64,000 bases of DNA from Cytophagales bacterium (GCA_020627945.1 JAHDFW010000003.1:7599-71598), one strand, 5' to 3'. Positions 47,801-57,242 are shown, counted from the first letter of the stretch. The notes: generated by a model from the letters alone, not told the origin. Numbers and translations are program-made.

Positions 47801-50800
47801 TTTCGGGTCAATATTGCAAAAATGATGCTCCTTTCGCACTTGAAGGAAACTTTAGCAACACAGGGTTTGCTAGCTCGGTTCCTTCTGCATTAACTGGAAG
47901 TACGTTTGATCCAGGTGATTTAAGTATTGGTAGTTCAGTAGACCTTTCTTATACGTTTACTGATGGAAATTCTTGTACAAACTCTGATACCGTTACAGTC
48001 ACGATTGACTCTGTGCCAGTAGTGAATTTTAGTGGCATGACGGCCGTAGATTCTACTTGTCCTAACAAAGCTAAAAATGTATTCATAGGAAACATCCCTT
48101 CAAGCGGTGCTTTTAATACTACTACAGGATTGGTTAATACTACTCCAGGTCAAGCGGAATTTGATCCTTCTACTCCAAGCCTTCCTGCTACAACCAATAT
48201 TGAATATTATTATATCGATGGTAATGGATGTCGTGGTAGTATTACCAAGCAAATGAAGTTACATCCTTTACCAGTAATTCAATTCTTCGGCCTTAACCCT
48301 CAACGGTCGTATTGTGTAGATGCAACTAGCGTGCTTCTCTCTGGTAGTGAATCTCCCCAAGGAACTTTCTTTGGAGAGGGAATTGGTGTTGTTGATTTAG
48401 GTAATGGTACGGCAAACTTTATTCCTAGTAGTTATCAGGCAGATAGCTCGTATACCATTTCATATGAATACACAGATGGTAACACTTGTACGGATACTGC
48501 TTCTTCTACTGTTTACATTAGACCTCTCCCAACAGTTGAAATTCTAGGCTTACCAGATTATGTTTGTGAGTCAGATGCACCTTTATCTCTGAATGCCACT
48601 CCAGCTTCTGGTCAAGTAACTACATTCTCAGGCCCTGGAGTAAGTGGAACAACATTTACACCTGCAAATGCCAATGTTGGAACTATAGACACAATCCAAT
48701 ACGATTATACTGAATTTGGAATTATTGGTGTGACAGCTTGTTCGAATACGGCTATTGATACTATTGAAATTAAGGCATTACCAGTTGTTACCATTTCAAG
48801 TTTAGATACAGCGTATTGTACCGATGAACCAGCTGATACTATTTTTGGAACACCAGCAAATGGAACCTTCTCTGGAGCAAGTATCATTGACTTCCTAGAT
48901 GGTTCGGCTACAATCAGCCCAATCCCACTTACCGAACGAAATACTTACGAAATCATTTACAAATATTCGGATGGATTTGGTTGTACAAACTGGGATACTG
49001 GATATACTTACATCGACACTTTACCCGTAGTATCATTTACTGGATTGGTAAATAACGTCTTAACAAATTCAAACTATTATTGTGAGGATCATGCCATATC
49101 TAATTTAGTGGGAAGCCCAGCAGGAGCTGCAGGTGTATTCACCAGTGGATCTTTGGGTCTTATAGATGATGGTGGCGGAAATGCTAGATTTGATCCTACT
49201 TTACCAGTTACAAATGTTTGGGATACGATAAGATATCGTTTCACTGATGGACAAACTTGTACCAGTTTCCAAGATCAATTGGTATACGTACAAAGTTTGC
49301 CAGTAGTTGATATGCTTGGATTAGATTCAGCGTATTGTTCTTCCGATGGACCAGATCCTCTATCAGGAGTACCTGGTGGAGGTGTATTTACAGGTCCTGG
49401 AATTGTATTTAATACTTTTGATCCTGATCCTTCTATCGTAGGTATTGATACCATTGTCTACACGTTCACCGATGCACAAGGATGTGTAAATGATACGTTT
49501 GATGTTACCATTGTGAATGCATTACCTGCAATTCAAATTGATAGTTTAATGGCAGAATATTGTGAAGATGATGAAGTAGACACAATATATTCGAATAAAA
49601 TTGGTGAGACTACTGGTCAATTTACACCTCCAAGTTTGATCTCGGATCAGGGAGATGGTACAGCCATATTTGACCCTTCAATTATTGCTCAAGATAGTAT
49701 TACAATTACATTCACCTATACCGATACAAATTCTTGTGTTAATAGTGTAGACCAAGATGTAGTAATCAATAGACTTCCTACCGTGTTCTTTAATGGTATT
49801 ACCGATGGACAAGTATTGTGTGCTGATCAATCTTTACCTGTTTTACTAATAGGAAATCAAGCGCCTCTAGGAGAGTTCTTAGGAGATTCTCTAATTGAAG
49901 GAATTATAGATAGCACCAATGGTAAAGCTATTTTGAGACCTGATCTTGGTTTAGAAGATACTTTGCTTGATATTACCTATGCTTACATGGATGCTAAAGG
50001 ATGTGTAGACACTTCTACTCTGCAAATTATGTATCGTAGTTTACCTGTTATTAGTTATTCTGGTTTAGATACGGTTTACTGCTATGATGATGCTTTCTCT
50101 CCTTTAGTAGTTACTTCCAACCAATTAGGAACTACTCTTTTTGAAGGAGAAGGTGTTGCTGCACTAACATATAATCCTGCTCTGGTAGAAACTAAAAACT
50201 TATTGGATCCAATAACAAGATCGTATTACGATACCGTGACACTTACATTTACCAATTCAGATGGCTGTTATACTATAGATACTCAGTATACTAGAGTATT
50301 GGATTTACCTACCGCAAGTTTTGGCATCTCTGGATACTGTAATAATGATACGATATACTTCTCCGATTCTTCCACCGTTTCGATTTACGATTCTATTGTT
50401 GCGTGGGAATGGAATTATGACAATGGAGACCCTGTAAATGACTTTATTCAGAATGGACAAGAATGGTATGAAAACCCAGGAGAATATAGAATTGAACTTA
50501 CAGTTTACACTCATGAAGGGTGTACGCATACTGGAATTGTGGATACCGTGATAGGCGCTCCTCCTATTGTTGATTTTGCTTGGGATAACATCTGCTTTGG
50601 AGATACCATTCAATTCTCTGATTCTTCCATGGATGTATCAGTAGATACTATGGTTGCATGGAATTGGAATTTTGGCGATGGAAATATTTCTAATTTACAA
50701 AACCCAACGCACCAATATGATTCTTTGCTAAGTTACCCAGTTACACTAGTGGTTACTACAAACCATAACTGTGTAGATTCTCTTACCAGAATATTAGATA

Positions 50801-52359
50801 TCAGACCTGTGGTAAATACGTTCCCTTACTTAGAGGAGTTTGAACAAAGTAATGGAGGTTGGTTTTCTTTTGGAAGTATCGCGGGAGTTGAAGATTCAAC
50901 AAGCTGGGAAAGAGCAATAGCTGCCGGAAACTACATTAATGATTCTGCGACTGGAAATTACTCGTACGTAACTGAAGCCGCTGGTAACTACGCATTAGAT
51001 GAACAATCTTACGTAGATGGTCCATGTTTCGACTTCTCATCACTAGAACGTCCGATGATAGCGTTTAGAAAAAATGCACATTTAAATGTTGGACAGGATG
51101 GTGTAAACTTCCAATACTCGATTGATAATGGCAGTACTTGGCACAATGTAGGGAGCTTCGATGGAGATGAAAGCTCTGGAATCAACTGGTTCGATGACAT
51201 TGCTATTGCGGCAGACCCAGGAGGATCGGATCAAGGATGGTCTACTAACATCGATTCAGGATGGGTTGAATCTCGTCATGACCTTGACACATTAATTGGA
51301 AGATCCGCAGTTAAATTACGTTTCACATTTGGATCTACCCCTACTACATTCCCTAAAGAAGGATTTGCTTTCGATAGTATTTGGATTGGGGAAAGATCTC
51401 GACTAGTTTTATTTGAACATTTTACTAGTACTGCAGATCAAAATTCTGCCGGGGTTGATGATTATGTAGATAATCTAGTGGCTAATAACCCTGGAGATGT
51501 TGTTGACATTCAGTATCACACAGCTTTTGATGGGCTAGATGACATGAACCTACGTAATCAAGCAGATCCAAGTGCAAGAAGTCTTTACTATGGAGTATTC
51601 TCTAATGGACGAGGAATTCTTGATGGTAATGTATTCTACGATAGATCCACACAATTATCAGAACGCGATATCAAATTGAGAATGCTTGAAAGCGCTGATT
51701 TCGAAATTAACATAACAGCCGATATCAATTCAGGAGCAAGTATCAATGTACATCCTGAAATCACTTCTGTTAACGATATTGAAGAAAGAGAAATTACTAC
51801 TCATATCGTAATTGTAGAGAAAGACGTATCTCAAAATACACAGACTATTAATGGAGATCAAAACTTCAAAAGTGTAATGAGACAAATGTTACCTGATGCT
51901 ACTGGAAACAAGCTCTTGAAGCCTTGGACTGCAGGTGAAACGACGTCATTCACACAAGGATGGGCATTCGGAAATAACGTTGATGATCAAAGTCAACTTA
52001 GAGTTGTTGTATATGTTCAGGATGTTGCAACAAAAGAAGTATTGCAAACTGCCTACATTGATACCATTGGAATTTCCGATAATATAGCTGAGGATTTGAA
52101 TGATTATAAATTTGGATTTGTTGTATATCCAAACCCTGCTAATGGAAGAGCAAGTGTGTTGTTAAGTCAGCCTGCTAGAGTGGATATGAATATGATTATT
52201 TATGATCAATTTGGTAAGGCTGTAAAATCCAAACAATTATATAAAGGGGTAAATAAATTTGGCTTCGAAACGCATGATTTAGCAAATGGAATGTATTATG
52301 TACAGATCATTGAAGAAAATCAAATAGTTGCCGTTAAGAAATTTAATGTTCAGCATTAA
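44884..52359 (+). CDS. Giant (about 2491 aa) T9SS type A cargo: two N-terminal jelly-roll (MAM/CBM-like) plus Ig-like modules, 15 or more ~80-aa Cys-containing Ig-like repeats, two PKD domains, a MAM-like domain, an Omp28-like domain and the CTD
   Basis: Signal peptide MGIFRKIVTGVTMALAAFQFTQAQ; ATG at 44884, with a GTG alternative at 44875. The repeat pattern is YC..D.P..L.G.P.GG.F.G.G....F.P...G.G...I.Y.Y.D.NGC. PKD motifs WNWNFGDG. The CTD is VVYPNPANGRASVLL ... GMYYVQIIE ... KKFNVQH. Confidence 0.85.
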   Translation: MGIFRKIVTGVTMALAAFQFTQAQTYATLPYQDDFESGLGTEWTTTVPASANVITTGMGTPYEGLNHLLIDDGTAGGTNTKIAALHVNLSNGSEYTLSFFMKDFGDEDDLVDGIYFSDSASKAAIKVHSFTPSTITDNVWQEVVIDIDELAAANGLNLTDSFRIEFHESDDREWNNSTPGDPDGFAFDLMEIYPTPTMTSGSISGTDTICFDSTGTSTITLTEASPSLYGEGNIVYEWQSTSNLFTWDSVTTSSGTDTTWPAPLVTTLYRRCAITDQGQGPACSTPILITVTPEENAQILGLAASYANTDGAQTIFGSPIIGLFTGTGILDNADGTATLDVSSGGLGNRTITYTYTDPFGCPYTKDSVTNIILGNSVIYKPAPYTMDFESFPGWTGATEWRRDNTNPRVEVNADATPYEGAACLIMDDDNTGSTTEFTRSATLHVDLSLFSDYTLEFYMKDFQDEDHPEDGVFISTKTSGGFQKIFDFAPTTRADGAWAKYSIDLDVAAATVGTTLDDSVQIMFQEKDQFRFDESTTDGIALDSIVIFTSLPLTAGSINGSDTLCFATTDTGSVVITNSASPTNGEPPYSYTWESSQDLLSWSNVGSSSTPDTTIDAPSASTYYRRCVSTSSEGPICTSPIFIRVEQEPTVFLNIVDTALCENEPSALITGIPTSPDGTFNSYTGLTDNNNGTASLDPVVSGTGSFQTIYSYTNYFGCTASDTITMEVLGTPTVSFSGLSATSATTDPPQTLTGSPPGGVFEGLGVSGNAFYPAIAPTDTSFNITYTYSDANGCTNTSSPQTVVVTTGSSGAISSSLLNSYCADFPNEVEFKGTAPPGWSAVGFTLRSNGVASTNGFTPNGLDSAVFEPNLADLGTTIEIVFKYSQTYDCNPFPCNPYSCNPYICNPYQCNPYPCITGFTPIGLPIFGTCYSTCWNLCFKTCYNTCYNTCTRYDSTVVTTTVYDLPNVNFTNLSGQYCKNDAPFALEGNFSNTGFASSVPSALTGSTFDPGDLSIGSSVDLSYTFTDGNSCTNSDTVTVTIDSVPVVNFSGMTAVDSTCPNKAKNVFIGNIPSSGAFNTTTGLVNTTPGQAEFDPSTPSLPATTNIEYYYIDGNGCRGSITKQMKLHPLPVIQFFGLNPQRSYCVDATSVLLSGSESPQGTFFGEGIGVVDLGNGTANFIPSSYQADSSYTISYEYTDGNTCTDTASSTVYIRPLPTVEILGLPDYVCESDAPLSLNATPASGQVTTFSGPGVSGTTFTPANANVGTIDTIQYDYTEFGIIGVTACSNTAIDTIEIKALPVVTISSLDTAYCTDEPADTIFGTPANGTFSGASIIDFLDGSATISPIPLTERNTYEIIYKYSDGFGCTNWDTGYTYIDTLPVVSFTGLVNNVLTNSNYYCEDHAISNLVGSPAGAAGVFTSGSLGLIDDGGGNARFDPTLPVTNVWDTIRYRFTDGQTCTSFQDQLVYVQSLPVVDMLGLDSAYCSSDGPDPLSGVPGGGVFTGPGIVFNTFDPDPSIVGIDTIVYTFTDAQGCVNDTFDVTIVNALPAIQIDSLMAEYCEDDEVDTIYSNKIGETTGQFTPPSLISDQGDGTAIFDPSIIAQDSITITFTYTDTNSCVNSVDQDVVINRLPTVFFNGITDGQVLCADQSLPVLLIGNQAPLGEFLGDSLIEGIIDSTNGKAILRPDLGLEDTLLDITYAYMDAKGCVDTSTLQIMYRSLPVISYSGLDTVYCYDDAFSPLVVTSNQLGTTLFEGEGVAALTYNPALVETKNLLDPITRSYYDTVTLTFTNSDGCYTIDTQYTRVLDLPTASFGISGYCNNDTIYFSDSSTVSIYDSIVAWEWNYDNGDPVNDFIQNGQEWYENPGEYRIELTVYTHEGCTHTGIVDTVIGAPPIVDFAWDNICFGDTIQFSDSSMDVSVDTMVAWNWNFGDGNISNLQNPTHQYDSLLSYPVTLVVTTNHNCVDSLTRILDIRPVVNTFPYLEEFEQSNGGWFSFGSIAGVEDSTSWERAIAAGNYINDSATGNYSYVTEAAGNYALDEQSYVDGPCFDFSSLERPMIAFRKNAHLNVGQDGVNFQYSIDNGSTWHNVGSFDGDESSGINWFDDIAIAADPGGSDQGWSTNIDSGWVESRHDLDTLIGRSAVKLRFTFGSTPTTFPKEGFAFDSIWIGERSRLVLFEHFTSTADQNSAGVDDYVDNLVANNPGDVVDIQYHTAFDGLDDMNLRNQADPSARSLYYGVFSNGRGILDGNVFYDRSTQLSERDIKLRMLESADFEINITADINSGASINVHPEITSVNDIEEREITTHIVIVEKDVSQNTQTINGDQNFKSVMRQMLPDATGNKLLKPWTAGETTSFTQGWAFGNNVDDQSQLRVVVYVQDVATKEVLQTAYIDTIGISDNIAEDLNDYKFGFVVYPNPANGRASVLLSQPARVDMNMIIYDQFGKAVKSKQLYKGVNKFGFETHDLANGMYYVQIIEENQIVAVKKFNVQH
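47551..47628 (+). repeat. In-frame tandem 15-bp repeat, 5 copies plus a terminal TGT, encoding C-N-P-[FY]-x pentapeptides
   Basis: tgtaatccattcccg / tgtaacccttatagc / tgtaacccttatata / tgtaatccataccaa / tgtaatccataccct / tgt. This translates to CNPFP CNPYS CNPYI CNPYQ CNPYP C. Confidence 0.9.
47671..47733 (+). repeat. In-frame 12-bp periodic C-x3-C ladder (6 Cys), including a near-identical tandem copy tgctataacact / tgctataacacc
   Basis: Translation is C YST C WNL C FKT C YNT C YNT C, read directly from the sequence. Confidence 0.85.
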
Positions 52360-52402
52360 TAAAAACTTACGGCTATAGAAGAAGACCTAAGCAAGACATA
52401 TT

Positions 52403-55400
52403 ATGATACGAAACAAGTTACTAATAGTAACGTTGTTGGTGACACTTTTCAGCGTTATAACACGTGGTCAAACTCACGTTTCTATCCCATACTTTGAAGG
52501 TTGGGAAGGAAGTACTTTTCCAGCTTGGACCATAACTTCCTCAGATCCAGGTGAGGCACTTTTAGGATTAACTACAACTGGTGGTCCAAACAGTGGAAAT
52601 GTACACCTTGTGATGTCTGTTAATAACGATAATAACATCAATACAAATGAGGCTTGGATGCACTTGGATTTAACTGGTGATACTGCGGTAAATCTTGAGT
52701 TTTGGTGGAAAGATATAGGTGACGACGACAACGCAACAGATGGTATCTATTTCTCAGATAATGCCGGAGCAAGCTTTCAAAAAGTTTATGATTTAGTGCC
52801 CGAATCCTTTTCTGACGATGTATACAGACAAGTTGTTTTGAACTTAGACTCCTTAGCAGCAGATGCAGGACTTACATTAAACGATCAATTTGTAGTTAAG
52901 TTCCAACAAACAGATGATGATAACTTAACGGGAGGAAGTAGTGACGGTTTCTATTTCGATGATATTTTTACGTATCGAAGATCAGGGTCACTTTCACCAG
53001 GTGGTATTATGGTTTCCGCTGGTGACTCTATCTGTTCAGGTATTTCTACAAGTATTGTAATTGATGAACTTTTTCCAGTTACAGGAGGTGCAGGAACCGT
53101 TTATACGTATTTCTGGCAATCTTCAGAAGACTTACTTAATTGGTCAAATTTTGGAGGAACATCTCCAAACCCAGATACTACCTTTAACGCTTCTCTTACA
53201 ACCACTACATATTATAGAAGGGGCATAACAACAGATGCTGGAGAAGGTCCGTCCTACAGTTCGCCTATTGCGATCCATGTTGATCAAGGGAGTCTAGTAA
53301 CGGTATTCACGGCCGACACTCAAATATGTGCTAATAATGTAGTCGACATTTTTGGTTTCCCGCAAGATGCGAATGGAACATTCACCGGCTCACCTGATAT
53401 AACGGATAACGGTGATGGTACTGCTACTTTTAGTCCAAGTGGGTCTGGAATGACCACCATATATTATACGTATACAAATGCATCAGGGTGTGATGCAACG
53501 GACTCCGTTATTTTCAATATAAGTAGTCTTCCTATTGTAAGTTTTACTGGGTTACCATCATCCACTTTCACAACTAGTTCGGCCAGCCAATTATCCGGGG
53601 TGCCAAGTGGAGGTGTTTTTCTTGGATCTGGTATTTCGGATACTGCTTTTTATCCCCAAATTGCTGGTGAAGGATCACATGATATCAGCTATACATATAC
53701 CGATCCGGTAACTGGATGTTCTGATACTACTGGCGACGAAACTATTAATGTTATTAATGGTCTAAGCGAAAGTATTGTAGGGCTTGCTACTTCTTATTGT
53801 ATAGATAATAATGATACTATTGCCTTGGTTGGAGTACCAAAATCTGGATGGGCAACGGTCGGCTTTGTAGCTTACCCAAACATGACACCAATAATTTCTC
53901 AATCTGGAAACAACGCCGAGTTTGTTCCGTCCCGAGCCAACGTTAATACACCATATGAAGTTTATTTCAAATTTTCGCAAGTACAGCCACAACTTTGTGG
54001 ATTGAGTCTTTGCCTAGTAACAGTATACGACAGTGTACTTGCAACCACTTTTGTGCATTCACTTCCTGTTCTTAATGTTCCAGGTTTAGCCTCAAAATAT
54101 TGCCAAAACGATGCCCCTATTAGCCTTGAAGGAATTTACTCGACTTCTACAAGTTTCATAGATACAACAACCACCGGATTCACCAACAATGATGCTGGTG
54201 CGTTTAGTGGAGTGGACAACAATATCCTTACTCCTGCAAACGCATCACCAGGTGTTCTTACAGTCACCTATTCAATTACCGATGCTAATTCTTGTTCAAA
54301 TAGTGTCCAGCGATTTGTTCAAATTGATACCGTGCCTGTTGTCCAACTCGTCGCACAAGATTCCACGTTATGTGGGGATGCACCATTTGATACACTTGTA
54401 GGTACACCAGCTCCATCTGCAGGGTTCACAGCGTTTTTTAACGGAGTATCATTATTTAATACTGGAGCACCTCTAAACAATACTGTTTATTTCAACCCAA
54501 ATAATGTAATTACCGACTCTATCTATCCAATAAGATATACGTTCATTGATGGAAACGGATGTCGAAATTCTGATACTGTAGATATTTTGGTAAACTCGCT
54601 ACCTATACCATCTTTTGTTGGACTCAACGATGACGTAATCTGCGGAGATGAAGCCGCAATAACCTTAACAGGTAATTTTGCAACAGGTGTTTTTAGTACG
54701 GGAAATTTAGCCGATGATAGTGCAAAAGGATTAATAGATAACGGTGATGGGACTGCATTATTAGATCCTTCATTCGCGTTGCAAGATTCAACCCATAGTT
54801 TGACCTTCTATTATTTTGACCCAGTTACGGGGTGCGATAATGATACAACTAAATTTGTTACATACAGTAGCTTGCCTATTCTAACTTTTGTGAATGGTTT
54901 AGATTCAATTTATTGTGTTGAAGATCCAAAAGTAAGCCTTAAAACCAGTACTAATCAAAATAATGGGAACACGTGGTTTAACGGTGTTGGTGCCTCAAAA
55001 ATAGATTTTACCACCGGTGAATTTGTCCCTAGTTCTGCAGATACTGGGCTGCATATTGTTGAATTCGAACAAATAAATAAAGATGGTTGCCAAGCTTTTG
55101 TCTATGATACAACTCTTGTAATTAGTATGCCCGAAGTAGGATTTACAGTGTCCGGTTTTTGTAATAATGACACGGTCCGTTTTACCGATACCACTTACAC
55201 CAATATTCATGACACCATTACTAGCTGGGTCTGGAATTATGGAAATGGAATTAGTGGAGATTCGGTTCAAAATGGTGCAACATGGTATATCAATGGTAAT
55301 AGATATGACATTACCTTAAGCGTAAATACCGTACAAGGATGTGCTAAATCATATACGCTTCAGGATACAATTGGGTCACCACCAATAATGGACTTTGTCT

Positions 55401-57184
55401 GGGATAATATTTGTTTTGGAGATACCATACAATTTGCTGATTCTTCATCTAAGGCCGAAAACGACACTACTTTAGATCCAATGGTTTCATGGCATTGGGA
55501 CTTTGGAGATGGGCAAACTTCAACGTTGAGAAACCCGCTACATACATATGCTATTCTAGGGTCTTACAATGTTCAACTAACTATTGCAACCAATAAAAAT
55601 TGTATTGACTCATTAACCAGAGTGCTAAATATTCGACCAGTGATAAGTTCTTATCCTTATTTCGAAGATTTTGAAAATGGAGACGGAAACTGGGTGCCTG
55701 GTATTGTACCCGAATCTTTCGCAGATACTTCTACTTGGATTATGGGGATTCAAGACGCTCCTTATTTTAGTGATGTTGCTACTGGTAACCACTCCTACTA
55801 TACTTCAGCGGACACTAATGTAGCTGGTGAACATTCGTACGTGGATGGTGTATGTTTTGATCTCAGTTCTCTGCAACGCCCCATGATTGTGTTTGATATA
55901 AAAACAAATATGAGTGCAGGTGTAGATGGAGCAAATCTTCAATATTCCATTGACAATGCTGTAACATGGCAAAACTTGGGTGAATTAGAAACAGGAATCA
56001 ATTGGTATGATCATGAAGCAATTGGTGGTCAACCTGGCGGCGAACTTAAAGGATGGTCTCTTGAATCAGATTCTTCATGGAGAGAAGCAAGGCATAGTCT
56101 TGATTCTGTAGCAGGTTTAACGGATGTTAAATTCAGGTTTGCTTTTAGTACCTCTCCTAACTCTGTATCTCTTGGAGAAGGTTTTGCCTTTGATAACATT
56201 TGGATCGGAGAAAGAACCAGAATGGTGCTCTATGAACACTTTACTAACTCATCAAGTTCTGCATCTACTTTAAGTGATGATGTAGTTGATAACGTTGTTA
56301 GTAATAATCCACTGGATGTTGTTGATGTGCAATATCACATTTCTAGTGCACTTGGTCCAGATCCTATGTATGAGGACAATTCAGCCGACGCAAGTGCGAG
56401 AAATTTATATTATGGGATACTTGAACCTTCCTTAGGAGTTATGGATGGTAATCAATATCAAGCGTTAAGTGCACAATGGAACGAAAAAATCATGACGAGA
56501 CGGTCATTGGCAGATGCTGAATTTGACATTGCTATTCTAGCCGATATCAATGGTGAGCAAAGCGTGAATGTTACCCCAACTATAACATCTCGTTTTGACC
56601 AACCCGAAAGGAACTTAACGGTACACATAATGGTGGTGGAAAAAGAAATTACTGAGCTTACAGGTCTTAATGGTGATAACAGCTTCAGAAGTGTAATGAA
56701 ACAAATGCTGCCTGATGCAACGGGAACCAAGTTTATCAAATCCTGGAATCAAGATGAATCAACTTCTTTTACTGAAGGATGGACTTATAATCAGTCGTTC
56801 TATGGTGATCAGTCGCAAATGAGAGTAATCGTATGCATTCAAGATAACGACACAAAAGAAATTCTTCAAACCAATTTTACTGAGAGCTTTGTTAACTCTA
56901 CAGGAGTTTCTTCCAATCTTGAAGACAAGTTAGTTTTTGGTTGGTTTCCTAACCCTGCACAACAAAACGCTACTTTGTTATTCGGAGAACCAGTAAAAAC
57001 CAATGACTTATTGGTAGAAGTCTATTCGTTACAAGGTCAAAGAGTTCATGTAGAGAATATCTTGAAAGGTGCTAACAAAATCCCAATTAACGTTGGCAAC
57101 TGGAGTAATGGTTTGTACGTGGTTCGTGTTCGAAATACTTCTGGTAACAACCTTGGCCAAAAACAAATTGTTGTGAGTCATTAA
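52403..57184 (+). CDS. Giant (1593 aa) T9SS type A cargo, paralog of the upstream gene (same N-terminal module and same ~685-aa C-terminal block, fewer Ig-like repeats)
   Basis: Signal peptide MIRNKLLIVTLLVTLFSVITRGQ. The N-terminal module is PYFEGWEGSTFPAWT ... FWWKDIGDDDNATDGIYFSDN. The C-terminal PKD x2 / MAM-like / Omp28-like / CTD block aligns with the upstream protein. The CTD is WFPNPAQQNATLLF ... GLYVVRVRN ... QIVVSH. Confidence 0.85.
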   Translation: MIRNKLLIVTLLVTLFSVITRGQTHVSIPYFEGWEGSTFPAWTITSSDPGEALLGLTTTGGPNSGNVHLVMSVNNDNNINTNEAWMHLDLTGDTAVNLEFWWKDIGDDDNATDGIYFSDNAGASFQKVYDLVPESFSDDVYRQVVLNLDSLAADAGLTLNDQFVVKFQQTDDDNLTGGSSDGFYFDDIFTYRRSGSLSPGGIMVSAGDSICSGISTSIVIDELFPVTGGAGTVYTYFWQSSEDLLNWSNFGGTSPNPDTTFNASLTTTTYYRRGITTDAGEGPSYSSPIAIHVDQGSLVTVFTADTQICANNVVDIFGFPQDANGTFTGSPDITDNGDGTATFSPSGSGMTTIYYTYTNASGCDATDSVIFNISSLPIVSFTGLPSSTFTTSSASQLSGVPSGGVFLGSGISDTAFYPQIAGEGSHDISYTYTDPVTGCSDTTGDETINVINGLSESIVGLATSYCIDNNDTIALVGVPKSGWATVGFVAYPNMTPIISQSGNNAEFVPSRANVNTPYEVYFKFSQVQPQLCGLSLCLVTVYDSVLATTFVHSLPVLNVPGLASKYCQNDAPISLEGIYSTSTSFIDTTTTGFTNNDAGAFSGVDNNILTPANASPGVLTVTYSITDANSCSNSVQRFVQIDTVPVVQLVAQDSTLCGDAPFDTLVGTPAPSAGFTAFFNGVSLFNTGAPLNNTVYFNPNNVITDSIYPIRYTFIDGNGCRNSDTVDILVNSLPIPSFVGLNDDVICGDEAAITLTGNFATGVFSTGNLADDSAKGLIDNGDGTALLDPSFALQDSTHSLTFYYFDPVTGCDNDTTKFVTYSSLPILTFVNGLDSIYCVEDPKVSLKTSTNQNNGNTWFNGVGASKIDFTTGEFVPSSADTGLHIVEFEQINKDGCQAFVYDTTLVISMPEVGFTVSGFCNNDTVRFTDTTYTNIHDTITSWVWNYGNGISGDSVQNGATWYINGNRYDITLSVNTVQGCAKSYTLQDTIGSPPIMDFVWDNICFGDTIQFADSSSKAENDTTLDPMVSWHWDFGDGQTSTLRNPLHTYAILGSYNVQLTIATNKNCIDSLTRVLNIRPVISSYPYFEDFENGDGNWVPGIVPESFADTSTWIMGIQDAPYFSDVATGNHSYYTSADTNVAGEHSYVDGVCFDLSSLQRPMIVFDIKTNMSAGVDGANLQYSIDNAVTWQNLGELETGINWYDHEAIGGQPGGELKGWSLESDSSWREARHSLDSVAGLTDVKFRFAFSTSPNSVSLGEGFAFDNIWIGERTRMVLYEHFTNSSSSASTLSDDVVDNVVSNNPLDVVDVQYHISSALGPDPMYEDNSADASARNLYYGILEPSLGVMDGNQYQALSAQWNEKIMTRRSLADAEFDIAILADINGEQSVNVTPTITSRFDQPERNLTVHIMVVEKEITELTGLNGDNSFRSVMKQMLPDATGTKFIKSWNQDESTSFTEGWTYNQSFYGDQSQMRVIVCIQDNDTKEILQTNFTESFVNSTGVSSNLEDKLVFGWFPNPAQQNATLLFGEPVKTNDLLVEVYSLQGQRVHVENILKGANKIPINVGNWSNGLYVVRVRNTSGNNLGQKQIVVSH

Positions 57185-57221
57185 TTAGAACTTTGTCCAA
57201 CACTGACTTCTTGTTTTGTTT

Positions 57222-57242
57222 TAATATTATTAAATAATATTA
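57222..57242. repeat. Perfect 21-bp AT-only palindrome (10-bp arms around a central A)
   Basis: taatattatt a aataatatta, read directly. It lies 38 nt after the stop of the second giant gene. Confidence 0.8.
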
